Origin: Lytechinus pictus
Taxonomy: Eukaryota
Assembly (NCBI RefSeq): GCF_037042905.1
Contig: NC_087251.1
Location: 24,554,001 to 24,618,000, forward strand
Direction of reading: 5' to 3'
DNA length: 64,000 nucleotides
The first letter of the stretch is position 1; every line of letters begins with the position of its first letter. The notes beneath the pieces are model-generated. The model saw only the letters and a list, made by a program, of their open reading frames with translations. It was not told the DNA's origin and did no database searches. Shown here in pieces: positions 51,801 through 64,000 of this stretch. A program made the translations under genes and the position numbers.

Positions 51801-53721
51801 AAATCAAGGTACACATAAAAGGAATATTTTCTTCCACCGATCCTTGGCCAATATGATAAAAATATAAAACAAATATGTACTCTCTCTATATAATTACTAT
51901 ATACAACACAGGGACTTATTCAATTCATGTCAGATCATATACTCTCATACCCCATGCGTGTTTTAGTTTGGTACTCTTCAAATAATAACATGGGGTTGGC
52001 TTAACCGCTCATCTCTACACAAACAAAATTGCATCTTGGCTCAAATTACTAGCTCATAAGAAAGCCTTAAATGAGATTGTATGAGGCCCTCCCGCTGGCT
52101 GGGAAGGAAGTCCTCATAGGGAACATTAACATGCCTTTAAGTGTTTCGGGTCTCTGCTCTGGCATCTATCTCATTTAGATATGAAGTGATTTGATGGAAT
52201 TAAAATATGGAGCATGGCCCACCATCATAATTGCGATTTGGCAGCTATAGATAGATAATGTTTTCTCTGATACGCTTTTCATTTATTAACCCGTTGAGTA
52301 CCATATCTTTGAGTTCTTGTAGGCTTTGTACACGGACCACCTGGTTCCACTGGTAGGCAAAGCGTTTAGAAATTTTTGAGCAGAAGCAACTCTTGAGGTT
52401 TTTAACACTAACTCAGGACAAACATGTACAACTTGGTTTCCAGCCAATCAGAATCAGGCACTTATGACTGTTCTTTATTTCTGAAGCTTTGTTCAAACAC
52501 AAGTTTTGCACAAGGGGTAAAGTTTGCAATATATTGAGGGGAAAAAAACATCGACAAAAGAGAGTTTTACAAAAGTTTTATAATGGAAGTTTATTTAAAG
52601 GTAAACACCATGTATGTAGTCCTGAAAAGGACTGTTTGTTATTCTTTCTTGATTGTATGTTAGCTTCATACATGGTGTTCACCGTAAAAAAGCTTCCATT
52701 ATTCTCTTCACCATGGAAACCTTCAAAGATCAAAAGTTTCATAATCTAAATACTAAATAGGTTTCATTTTAATGTACTTACATTCCTTTGCTATAAAATA
52801 ATGCATTATTGGAAATATTATATGCAAAGATATCAACATCTTAGAATTTTGAAAGTTGCATATATTACAGTATTGCCAATATTCAGTAATATTTTTATTT
52901 AATGAACTTCTTCAATAATTTTTCAATGAAATAACTAGAAAATATAAATAAAAGGAATTCAAGAGCTCAAAAATGTCTCCCTTAAAATGTTACTGATATT
53001 TTCCTAGAATGATTAACAACAGAATAATAATACAGTTTTATATTCATCCCATAAAAAAAATTGATCAGTTGTTATTTTGTATTTACTGGTTACTTTATGC
53101 TGTTGTTCTAAAAACATTTGGTGTAATCATCAGTGCACAATATATATTTTTTTCATAATCATATCACCAGTTTACAAAACTAGAACAGAATGACTGTGGT
53201 CTCCATACCACACTTGATTGCATTTCCTCAATAGCTAGCATAAGATAAGCAGAATCCTCTCAAATATCTAGAGAGGAGCGTTACAAGATTGATCATTATG
53301 TTGCTATTTTTATCTGAGCGTTTACAACATCAAGCCTAAATATAGTCTACCATTAAGGGAAGATGCTCATATGACGTCTACAATTCCAGAATAATTTTAG
53401 ATTTCATATCATGTTCCCCTAAAGTATGGAGACTCTAAGTATAAGAGAGATGTGTTTGATGCATGAGAAGATCAAATGAAGAGATTTCGTGCCAACTTTA
53501 AATCTCCAAGCTTTGTAGGAATGAGTGGGAGGTTATTTCCAGAGATGCAACAGACAAAGTGAGAACCGTTCAAACTCAAAACCAGAATGGGATTGCATAT
53601 AATTCAGTCTGCCAATTCAAAAATATGAACGAAATTAAACAAAGTCAGAAGACACACAAAAAAGGGCAAAAAAGTAGAATTCAGCTCAAATCAAAAGAGT
53701 AGGATCAATTTGACATGGGAA

Positions 53722-54255
53722 GGCACATCTCTCCCCTCCCCCATTGGCACCTCTCTCTCCTCCCCCATTGGCACCTCTCTCTCCTCCCCCATTGGCACCT
53801 CTCCCCTCCCCCATTGCTCCCCTCCCCCATTGGCACCTCTCCCCTCCCCCATTGGCACCTCTCTCTCCTCCCCCATTGGCACCTCTCTCTCCTCCCCCAT
53901 TGGCACCTCTCCCCTCCCCCATTGCTCCCCTCCCCCATTGGCACCTCTCCCCTCCCCCATTGGCACCTCTCTCTCCTCCCCCCATTGGCACCCCTCTCCC
54001 CTCCCCCATCGGCACCTCTCTCCCCTCCCCCATTGGCACCTCTCTCCCCTCCCCCATTGGCACCTCTCCCCTCCCCCATTGGCACCTCTCTCTCCTCCCC
54101 CCATTGGCACCTCTCTCCCCTCCCCCATTGGCACCTCTCTCTCCCCTCCCCCATTGGCACCTCTCTCTCCCCTCCCCCATTGGCACCTCTCTCCCCTCCC
54201 CAATTGGCACCTCTCTCCCCTCCCCATTGGCACATCTCTCCCCTCCCCCATTTCC
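53722..54255. repeat. Minisatellite, about 22-26 bp unit CCCCCATTGGCACCTCTCTCCCCT
   Basis: About 20 directly visible tandem units; explains the six overlapping repetitive ORFs. Confidence 0.95.
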
Positions 54256-54799
54256 ACCCTGACCCTCAACAGAGGGGTTTTTTCAGGTCGGTGCAGACAA
54301 TACTGTAGATAAGGGAAGATGAAATGGGGAGTGTGATTGAGGAGTGAGATTTATGATACTGACATACGATTGCACAGACAGAGTGAAAACATATGAGTCA
54401 TGAATACAATGCTTTGCATTAGTGTAATGGTTTCATGTAGCCAGGTATGAAGGAAATGTAGAAAATGGCTGAAAGCCACTTGGATTTATACACGGTAAAA
54501 TGGAAGAATACCTTGATGATGTGAAAGGGGGGGCATGTTCTTAATTAATGATGTATGCTTTCATTTTTTGTTCCTTCTGGAGGCTTTTCATGCATATGAT
54601 TTAAACCAGATGTTCTGGTCTATTGGACAGAATGATTTCATGTAATATTTGGTTTAATCTACACCTGTCATCTTGGTTGAGGTGGGAAAGAGTACTCGTC
54701 TCGTCGAAGGGAAGCAGGATGTTCAGGACCTGACATTACTTTAAAGCTTTACACAACAGGAACCCTTTCCTTCTAGTCACGATTTGGCCCTCGGTTGAT

Positions 54800-55202
54800 T
54801 CCATGGTTTATGCAGATTCCATGGTTTATGCAGATTTCCTGTATAAATTACGCTTATTTTACCGCGTATATTAAAAGATGTCTATGCTGATGCACGCTTT
54901 TGTCACAGTGCGCCAAATTGACGCCTGTTGCCGTGGTTATCCATGCTATTTTATTCATGAATCCACTGTTTTGAATTAATGAGTCCACTCTTCAAACAAT
55001 GGACTCATGAATAAAATAGCGTATCTAACCATGGTAACAGGTGTCAATTTGGTGCACTGTAACAAATGTGTGCATCAGCATTGGACATTTTTTTATACAC
55101 GCACCCGATAGGCGCTAAATTAAGCGTAATTTACACAGGAAATCTGCATAAACCATGGATTTAACCATGGGTTTTCAGAACCACCTTTGTGAATTTGGGC
55201 CA
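54800..55202. mobile_element. Palindromic MITE
   Basis: CCATGGTTTATGCAGATTTCCTGTATAAATTACGCTTA pairs with TAAGCGTAATTTACACAGGAAATCTGCATAAACCATGG; the arms continue inward. Confidence 0.8.
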
Positions 55203-57170
55203 TTATGTTTAATAAATGGGCCCTAGTGAGACAACATTCAAACGCACAAGTGTTCATCCTGGGTAAATGAAATATTTACATATCTATGTACATGTACAGG
55301 GATTCTTAACCGAACTTGTGATACCTTCATTCCAACAGAGTAAACCTAAAAAACAAGTGTACCCCAATAGTAAGTTGATTCGAAAAAAATGGAGAAGATT
55401 CAGACCAGCATGAAATCACTGTACATTTCATAAAAATAAGCATTAAAATCAGATGAAACTAAGAAGGTAACACTTTTCACATAGTAAAATCAATATGTAT
55501 CGTGTTTAACAGAACTATTACATTGGATTCAACAGGTTCAAAGTGTTAATAACAACTTTTGTAACTTGACTATCAATCTTATATAATTTCACATCCTTCC
55601 AATGTCACATCCTTCCAATCCTCCCAAATAGCTCTTTAACATGATAATCTCCAGATATGTCTCTGTACCCTAAAGTCCCCTCTTCTTGAAAATGGTGATG
55701 ATTTGAAAAAAAATATGGTCAATCCTCTGCCCAAAAAATGGTGAGTTAATATCCCCTAAATATAGTGTAATAGTAAATCATAACAAACCACAATGACACC
55801 ATGAACAAAACCAAGAGACCTTAAGCGAAACCTATGTTGCCATTGTTGGTAATTGAATAATTCCCTGACATTAAATTATAAATCAATTTTCATGGAATTT
55901 TAGACATTATGCCACAAGCGCTCCCCATATCATCAATAATTTCTCTCCAGTAATAATGACATTAAGCATCGAGGCACTCCAGTGAGGATGATTACTCCTT
56001 ATTTATCTTTTCACTCTGGAGTATGCCCGATGTGGTATTGTAATTAGTTAAAATCAGAATTAGAGCTCTAGACTAGAATGAGTACTAGAATTCGGAGCAT
56101 GGATGTTTGAAAATCAATAATTGCTTATTAGAAAATTATGGTGTATAATTGGCATTAGATATGATGTAATAGTGTATAACAAGGGTAATATTCTCATTCC
56201 TCAGTGGTTTAACAATGTTTGTTATAAAATTAACTGGAGCGCCTTTAAGATATTCGTTGTGATTAACAGTCAGTATACATTATATGAGCAACGCTTTTAC
56301 AACGAATGACATGTCTCATCCCTGAATTTTATTATGAAAATGTTCTGCCTCTGCTTCCAGGCTACCCCAGGTACCAAATAATTATTGAATAAAGGTAATT
56401 GAAAAAGAGAGCAATTTTCCAACCATTGTGTCTGGCATGTCTTGCAAAGTTGGCAACTATGCATTTTCAATTTTTACATGTAGTTGAGGAAACTATGTAT
56501 TTCTTTGAACTAATATCATATTCATATTATTTCTGTGCCTTTGTCATTTGCATGGATATCCACACAAAATATTCAATATTTTTAGAAACTATCTAATATA
56601 ATCATAATCTGTATAACATAAATGCCAATTTCTTATATATTCAACATGTCCCCTATATTTTCATCAGCCTCTTTCATATCAAATTAATCCATTCTATGAC
56701 CTAGTAAAGTAATGTATTAGTTGATTTGGGGGAAGGAACATATCATTATGCAGAGCTCAGAGACCAATCTCATTAGGGTATGTTTTTAATGTGTTAGTAG
56801 CATTGCCTGAGGTGCAAGGCAGTCAGTCCAGACAGAATAGTCTACGAGCCTAGACATCCTCGTGCACTGCACGTAATATCAACATGCATGTAGCTTTGAG
56901 CAGCAAATGGTTGCAAACCTATATTGTACTGGGGGAGGGGTCTACTGTGTCATCCCTCCCCCACTCAAAACTTGCAAATAGTGTGACGCCATGTGTTTAC
57001 GGACATGTATGTGAACTATACGAGTAAAATGTAAATTTCAGCTATAATCAGAAGAGTAGGATTGATTCAACATAGGAAAGCACCCCCCCCCCCTCCTCCA
57101 TCCCCCCCCCCCCCCGATCTGAAACAGAAGTGTGATCTATGCTGGAAGTATTAAAACGATAACAGCTTTA

Positions 57171-57386
<216 letters not shown>

Positions 57387-58618
57387 TCATCTTTTTATTT
57401 CAAGTGATAAGATATTCCATCATGCACTTGGTGATCTGCTTGTATGCTATGTCTGCCCAAGCTTTACTTCTGAAACATACCGGAATATTGGAAACAATGA
57501 TCAGGGATTTTGAATACTTATAGACTCTTTTCTCCCCAGTAATAAATTCATTATACATGTCTTATATCTCTTCAAAAGAGGCATGAGTATGCCTAGTAGT
57601 TAAGCTTGAAATCTCTAAAAGGCTCCCTAGGGAGTAGAGAAAGTGCTAACATTGTGAGCAGGCAAGCCTGACTGGCAGGGTAATGATATATCTTAGCCAA
57701 CGTTCTATTAGGGAATTTGCTGGCCTCGACTTCCATGTACCTCTTTAAAAACGTCTGAAAACAATCAAGTATCCTTATCTGTGAATGTATAACATGGCAT
57801 GCCTGATGCATGCCTAGTACACTTGCACAGCCCTGTTTGATAGCTGGTTTGAATATTGTAAGAGATTGGGGACAATCCTTGCATACTCGATGAGATGTGG
57901 GAGATAGTGTGTGCATAAACATCCAACGACTGAGGGATAAAGAGAGGGTCTTAGGTCTGAGGGTAAAACAAATGAGTGCGCACAAATAACTTATAATCAT
58001 CATCATAATTACGATTACCCGCAATCTACTCAATCATAGTGGATGTGATGAAAACATGTTTTTTACTCAGAATATGTTTGTCAAAAATATCTCCTATCGT
58101 GGGAAAAACTAGCAGACACACAGTCAACTATAACAATACTACCGTCTCTGATCTGCCGAAGTTCAAATGATCCAAGGATAAAAGTTCTGATAAATAAATC
58201 AAAAGGTTCTATTTAGACTAGAAAATTATATTAGTTAAAATATACTATCTCTGTGAAGAAAAAAAAGATCAATTTCAGACAATTTCACAATAGTGCTCTT
58301 TCAAGGAAATAAATTGATGAAATAATGGAATTATTTCATCAAAAAATAATACATCAAACAGTTAGTCTCACAGTCCTTGACTAACATGAAATACTAAAAG
58401 GAATACCAAATGCTGTTCTGAATTCTCTTTAGAAGAAGTACTATATCTCGAATAATCAGTCAATGGCCAGCATCTTCCACCACTCACAATTTCGACCACC
58501 ACTTTATACAATATCACACCTGCTCATCCGGCACTAATTTCCCCACCGACTGAGAAAAATAATATGAAAATGATATTTGCAATGTTCAAGCCCTGTGATA
58601 ACTGACTAGTTACAACCC

Positions 58619-58837
58619 GGTTCCATGACATTTCCTCCAGCGATAAATTGCTCGGCTGCAAATTCCACACATTAATGGAATGACCAACTTCAACCCTGGA
58701 TTTAGCACTATACCATATCCTACAGTTGTAAATCTAACCCTAAACCTAACATAAACCGTATTGCAACCCTAACCCTATATCTTAGATGAAATAAAGCCCA
58801 GAGCAATTGTCGCCAAAGTAAATATTGTGTCACAACC
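58619..58837. mobile_element. Small MITE with internal AACCCT-like repeats
   Basis: GGTTCCATGACATTTCCTCCAGCGATAAATTGCTC / GAGCAATTGTCGCC..AAATATTGTGTCACAACC imperfect TIRs; (TAACCC)-like interior. Confidence 0.55.
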
Positions 58838-58890
58838 CCCCTGAAACCCCCATGGCAAGAGGTCGGAAGATAAAATTTTCCACTACATAG

Positions 58891-59318
58891 AGGCTCTTCT
58901 CATTACGCTTTCTAAAACTAGTTTACTGGAAACCAATTTGCTTTGCTAGCGCTCTCACTTGATCACACGAAAGTGGTTTTCAAAATAACTTCATATACAG
59001 CAATATTGTTGCTATGGAAACACTCTCAGTGGGGTGACACGTTTCCCATGAAATTTGAAACTGCAGCATAGTCATTTTACACCTGTTGTGTGGAGTAGCG
59101 CGCTTAAAATTAGCAAAGATCGCTTCCCGAAGAACGGTTGTGTCCTCACTTATGCTAAAACCAGTTTAACGAGGCTAAAGCGATCTTCAAAACTACATCG
59201 CGAGGTGGTTTTCCGAACTGGTTTGGAAGATTGCTTCCAAGACCACTTCGACCGTTCTCACTACGCGTTAAACTAGTTTCCAGTAAACTAGTTTTAGGAA
59301 CGTAGTGAGAACGGTGTC
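58891..59318. mobile_element. Harbinger-like MITE, same family as 48374-48822
   Basis: TTCTCATTACGCTTTCTAAAACTAGTTTACTGGAAAC ... GTTTCCAGTAAACTAGTTTTAGGAACGTAGTGAGAACGGTGTC. Confidence 0.8.
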
Positions 59319-59777
59319 TTAAAAGTCCCTGATGACATCGCTGTACAGAAAGGTGTTTCATTATATATCTGTCTGTATGAGTTTGTGTGTGAATGGATTG
59401 TAGGAGGATTGGAGGATGAATACTCAGTCATGCAGAAGAACATGAAGGAATGCACATCCTTGAATAGGGGCATCACTAGGCCTTCCAGATAGGAAAGGAG
59501 TCACAACTCTTCTTACCACAAAGATGAACTTCAATTGCAGAGGTCCAACAATTTCAAATGCAATATGCTGGTCAGCCCATGCACAGATGGATGATTTGAA
59601 ACAATTTTGACATAACTTTACTTTCTTATTCTACAGATATTGTAAAGCAGTGTAAAATGAAATTACTTGTTGTACGAAACTGGCCGATCCAGCGAGTACG
59701 AACTATAGTCCTGTCCTGTTGATCATAAATGCAGAAGGGAAAATTTGCTTGAATTTGCCACAACTCAGGTTGATTGA

Positions 59778-60060
59778 TAATAACAATAATAATACACATT
59801 GCTTATATAGCGCATATCGCAGAGACAACATCATGTCTCTATGCGCTTTAGAAGAAGAAAATAAGAGAAGGAATAAACCTGTTTACAGAGAGGAGCATAT
59901 AATCAATGATGTACATGTATATCTTATCCTACAAAAAAAAGAATGTCTTCAAAATGGACTTAAATGATTCTTCAGCGTTAGCTTGTTTCACAATATCAGG
60001 TAAGTTGTTCCAAAGCTCATTAGATGACATTTTGAAAGAACAAGAGCCATAGAAATGAGT
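59778..60060 (-). mobile_element. L2/CR1-group LINE 3' end fragment
   Basis: Minus strand encodes YGSCSFKMSSNELWNNLPDIVKQANAEESFKSILKTFFFL*, typical of the ORF2 C-terminus, followed by an AAGCGC..GCGCTATATAA stem-loop and an (ATT)n tail. Confidence 0.75.
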
Positions 60061-63000
60061 ATTAATTTATTGCCAACAAGCAAAAATAAAATGCTCTTAA
60101 CAATTCACTGATTCAGGAAGCTTATTTGTGATGGGCTGATATTCTTGACAAAATTTTTATACTAGGAGAGTGAAGGGGAAATAGAAAAAACAAAACACAT
60201 GACCAGGTACATGACCTGCATGACCACAATTTTTTTTCATTATTGGAATGTGAAAACACATTGATCGCATTTATCATATTTTCCTATTAATGCATGTCAT
60301 GGACTATGAGTCTCATGCTTCCAGGACAACAGTTACGTCAAGAGATTTGTGGGTTAAGTTTAACATTTATCCTCCATATTGGAATTTGTTTCAGCACATT
60401 CATCATCAGATTTCAGCTGTCTCCAATATTTTAACCCTAATATTCCTGGGGAATTTCTGATCATGTTATAAATGGTGGTTCTATTTTTGGCTAAAAAGTA
60501 TGAGTGGCCAACAGCATAGATATTTAATATCTTGCAATTTCCGAATAATTCCTTTTCATGCAATAATTATCAACTTTTTTTTTTCATTTAGTTACACATC
60601 AATTGTATAACATTTTGATTATATGAGGAACTATTGTGAAAAATATCAGTTAACTTTCCCAGCAATATTGATTACCTATGATTACAATGAGAAATGCTTA
60701 TCTGTTTGTGAAGGCTTTCTACTAAAACGAAAAAGAAAATGACAGAATATTCACACCGACAGGAAACGCGATCGTGTCCCAAAGTCAAAGTACACAAAAT
60801 GAATTCCATCTTGGAAAGAAACGATGATAACGATGGCATATGTTTAATACACATCCATATTCATTTGTATTTTAAATAATTTTCATTTTTAAATTATATA
60901 AAGGACTCAAACTGTAGGTTGCTTGAAAGCTCCTCCAGCAATAGGTGATCTAATTTATCAGCAGAAGGGCACATATTACCTGGAAAATAATCTTAATATA
61001 ATGCTTGCGGGGCAATATATTTTTAGATAGCAATATGGTTTGATACCACAGCAGACAAAATATAATTGAAACCCTGGTTATCCTGGATACAGCAACTATG
61101 TTATGACCTGGGAAGTTTTCCCTGGGAGCTTAAATTTTAGAACGGATTCACAAAGTAGCACAGATCCCCACATTTGTGACCAAAGTCATATTTGAGCCAT
61201 GTTCAGTTTTATCATTCTTAACTCTTGAGCCATGGTCTTTCATTTCACAAAATATGAGAACCTAATGATCTTTCTCTTCATTACCAAGATAAACAAAATG
61301 CAAAACAAAACTTGTCTAAAAAAATACATGAACTCTTACAGAGCATAGTGTGCTATTTTGTGCTTCTCAAGTTTGTACAGGAATCAATATTGGTCACATA
61401 CACAGATAAAATACTGTGCATTTTTGTGATTTTTTTTAATGCCAAAAGCACATTTACTTTTTAAGCAACATGCCACTTTTTGCATTCTGAATAAGTGTAA
61501 ACAACTTTTCTACAAAATTATAAAACTGCATTTGAAACTTTATAGTGTTAATATTTCAGCTTGGCTTGAGAATATTCCTACAAGTAGATTCTTGGCTTTT
61601 TGTGTGTGCTTGAAACATACAGATTAGCTTCATAACTGATGGCAAAGTCAAGTTTGAAAAAAAAAATCTGTCATTATCGTGGTTTCCTTGAATAAGTGAT
61701 TTCATGCATCTGTAATCATGCATGCTACTTTCTGAATTCAGAGATGGACTGTATGAATACAAGAAACAAACAGAGGCATACTCGGCAACAGTAATACTAA
61801 TCCATTGGCCGTGGATTGACGAATCAGAAGCAAAGCTCAATGAAAAAAACAATTAGATGACTGGTCTTTTACACAAACATTCAGAAAACACACACATTAA
61901 TGATTCATGTATGTGTTTCTGAGGTAAAATTTGCTTGCAGACAGCCTAGATACCCTGCAAACATCAATATAAAATTGATTAGAATAAAGAGGCCTACTTA
62001 GAAAAGGAAAGGTTCAATTATATCTACACCAGCATGAAAGGCCACAGCCACACCAACGATACCTACTACAGACCAACCAAAGCTATTACAAATGACATAC
62101 CATCGGTCGGTTTGGAGTTGGTTTTGCCGGTGTGTCAGACATGAAGCAGCTGGGAAGACACCTCTTGGATGTGGACGTGTACAGCAATCAACAAGCTTCC
62201 ATCCAAGCTCATTAATGTCGAGCACCTGAGCATACCAGGGGCCTATCGTAGGAAGGGTTGCAAGTGCACAAAAACTCCAAAATCAACCAATCACAAGCAT
62301 GCAGTTGGGACTTGCGTTTCATTTTTTGGGGGGTTGCGTTCAAATGTAACCCTTTCGGCAATGTTCCACAAATCAGCCATCTCTTCCTTCATTATTTTCC
62401 ATAAGAAACATTGACACAAATATGTCAAATAAGGAATTCAATCTGTCTCGGTATAACCTAAAATATGATTTAAGAGATTATATTATGCCATGCTATGCAT
62501 GTGTATGTCCATCTAGGGCCCCCGATACACATGCATCGGGATTGAAACCCAGCTCTGGCGTCGGCTTTGGCGCTGACAATTTAAAGCTATCTTGAGATCA
62601 CTATACCCCCCCTGACATGGTCCAAGGCCAGCAAATGTGTGTCCACAATTACAGTTTCATGTTGCCTATTCACATGACACAAATCACCTGACTTTTCATA
62701 TAAACATTTTTATTGTTTTTGCATGGTTCCTTAGTTTGAACTATTGTTCACTGTTTCTAGTTCATTGGTCAAGCTGGACCGAGTCTACTTGAGGGGGACA
62801 CAAATACCCATTGCAGGACTGAAGCCCACACCCAGAGATGGACTCAGTCCGAGCAGGCATCGGTCCGGCATTTTCAATAAAGGGGGTGTTACACGGAGTT
62901 GAGCAGGCCTCCAACGCCGACCTCAGTCCACTCTCAACGTACATGTATCATCACCCTATAATAATTTGTTGGGCTTTGCATCATTTCCCTGGATGTCTCT

Positions 63001-64000
63001 ATCTGTGATGGAAATCCATATATCACATCAATATTTTGGTTCATATCTAGGCCCTGGGTATCACACAAAGATCTGTGATTGATCAAGATTGATCGCAAAT
63101 CAACCAATAGATTAGGAGACTCTTACAGTACACACCCTTGTGGGTGACAAGTTGGGATTAGTCTTTGACAGAGAATAATCCTTTGATTTCCTTAATTGCA
63201 AAAGAGATAAAGTTAAATCGTTGGCAGATGACCACTAAGACTACTTGGACACGATACCGGAGAATTCTCTGATATCATCAAGAAGAAGGAAATAAACTGA
63301 TAAAGAGATTTTTTTCTTTGATGCATATGCCATTGACAATGCTCATCTTCTGCCCGGGGTAGGTGGTAATTCCAGGGACTGCAAGGAGTGGGCATGGGTG
63401 TCTCCAAGGAGCATATCCATGCCATCAAACCTTGCCAATATAGATGGATCAAAATACCTATTACCGGCACCTACCAGAAAATCTTGGGGTGTTCAGGCCA
63501 AGGTGATATATCAAATGAATTATCATATACAGGGAATTCTGTATAATCTGAATGATTTTGAAGATTGAAATGTATATCCTACACTGATAACTGCCATTTT
63601 TCTTCTTCTCTTGCTTTATTTTTCGGGGAGGATTTTTTTTTTTAAAGAAATTTTCGCTTGAGACATTGCTACAATAGGCAAAATTGCTAGAGGGGGGAAG
63701 GGGAGAAGACCTAAAAGAGACAGAAAGACAGACAGAGAGAGTTAGAGAGACAGAGAGAAGAGAGTGAAAAGACAAGATGATATGATAGGTAGGGAAAGGG
63801 TAGAGTTTTAGTCAACAACACATTACTAGCTAATGCTCTATAGGCAGCCAGAAATAGAGCTTTGATCTAATTTAGGGATCTGAAGTCTGGTCTACCTGTT
63901 CAGATTTAAGAGCATTTGGATACATTACCTGACAAGGTAATGGATGATTGGTATATCTACTTACATGGGAGGTATTCAATATGAACTCTTGTAAATACAT

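Noticed and set aside
52287..52302. TTAACCCGTTGAGTAC piggyBac-like terminus
   Set aside because: No matching second end found.
53686..54312. Six long overlapping ORFs of 172-200 aa
   Set aside because: All are translations of a stop-free minisatellite; no splice or domain evidence.
57593..58033. 146-aa minus-strand ORF
   Set aside because: No recognisable motif, no convincing splice sites, non-ATG start.
58730..58780. Interstitial telomeric repeat (TAACCC)
   Set aside because: Few degenerate units, located inside a small TIR element.

Overview
AT-rich, intron-containing animal genomic DNA; the repeat landscape suggests an echinoderm such as a sea urchin (inference, not verified). Three spliced protein-coding genes can be rebuilt by hand: (1) FKBP2/FKBP13, an ER peptidyl-prolyl isomerase (+, 4 coding exons, 15377-18679, ends TDEL); (2) a 2-exon, 182-aa gene with a TEX49/SPMIP11-like C-terminus and an RFX X-box upstream (+, 23088-24094); (3) the last four coding exons of a FEZ/UNC-76 gene (-, 35096-42514). 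Much of the rest is transposon-derived: a 5'-truncated, frameshifted Penelope-like (RT + GIY-YIG) element with a 13-bp TSD and a 3' minimal hammerhead ribozyme, a second near-identical copy of that ribozyme-bearing end, RTE and L2 LINE fragments, a Helentron-type (HINE) element with a 163-bp internal array and a nested Tc1/mariner MITE, and many Kolobok-, Harbinger-, hAT-, MULE- and Academ-like non-autonomous elements. The most notable observations are a short SINE-like element with an apparently 7SL (Alu-domain)-derived head (22673-22849), the hammerhead-bearing Penelope 3' ends, a 45-codon histone H3 orphon fragment (57171-57305), and a 23-bp perfect inverted YY1-containing motif at two CpG-rich islands 3 kb apart. 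Most ORFs in the supplied track are spurious.
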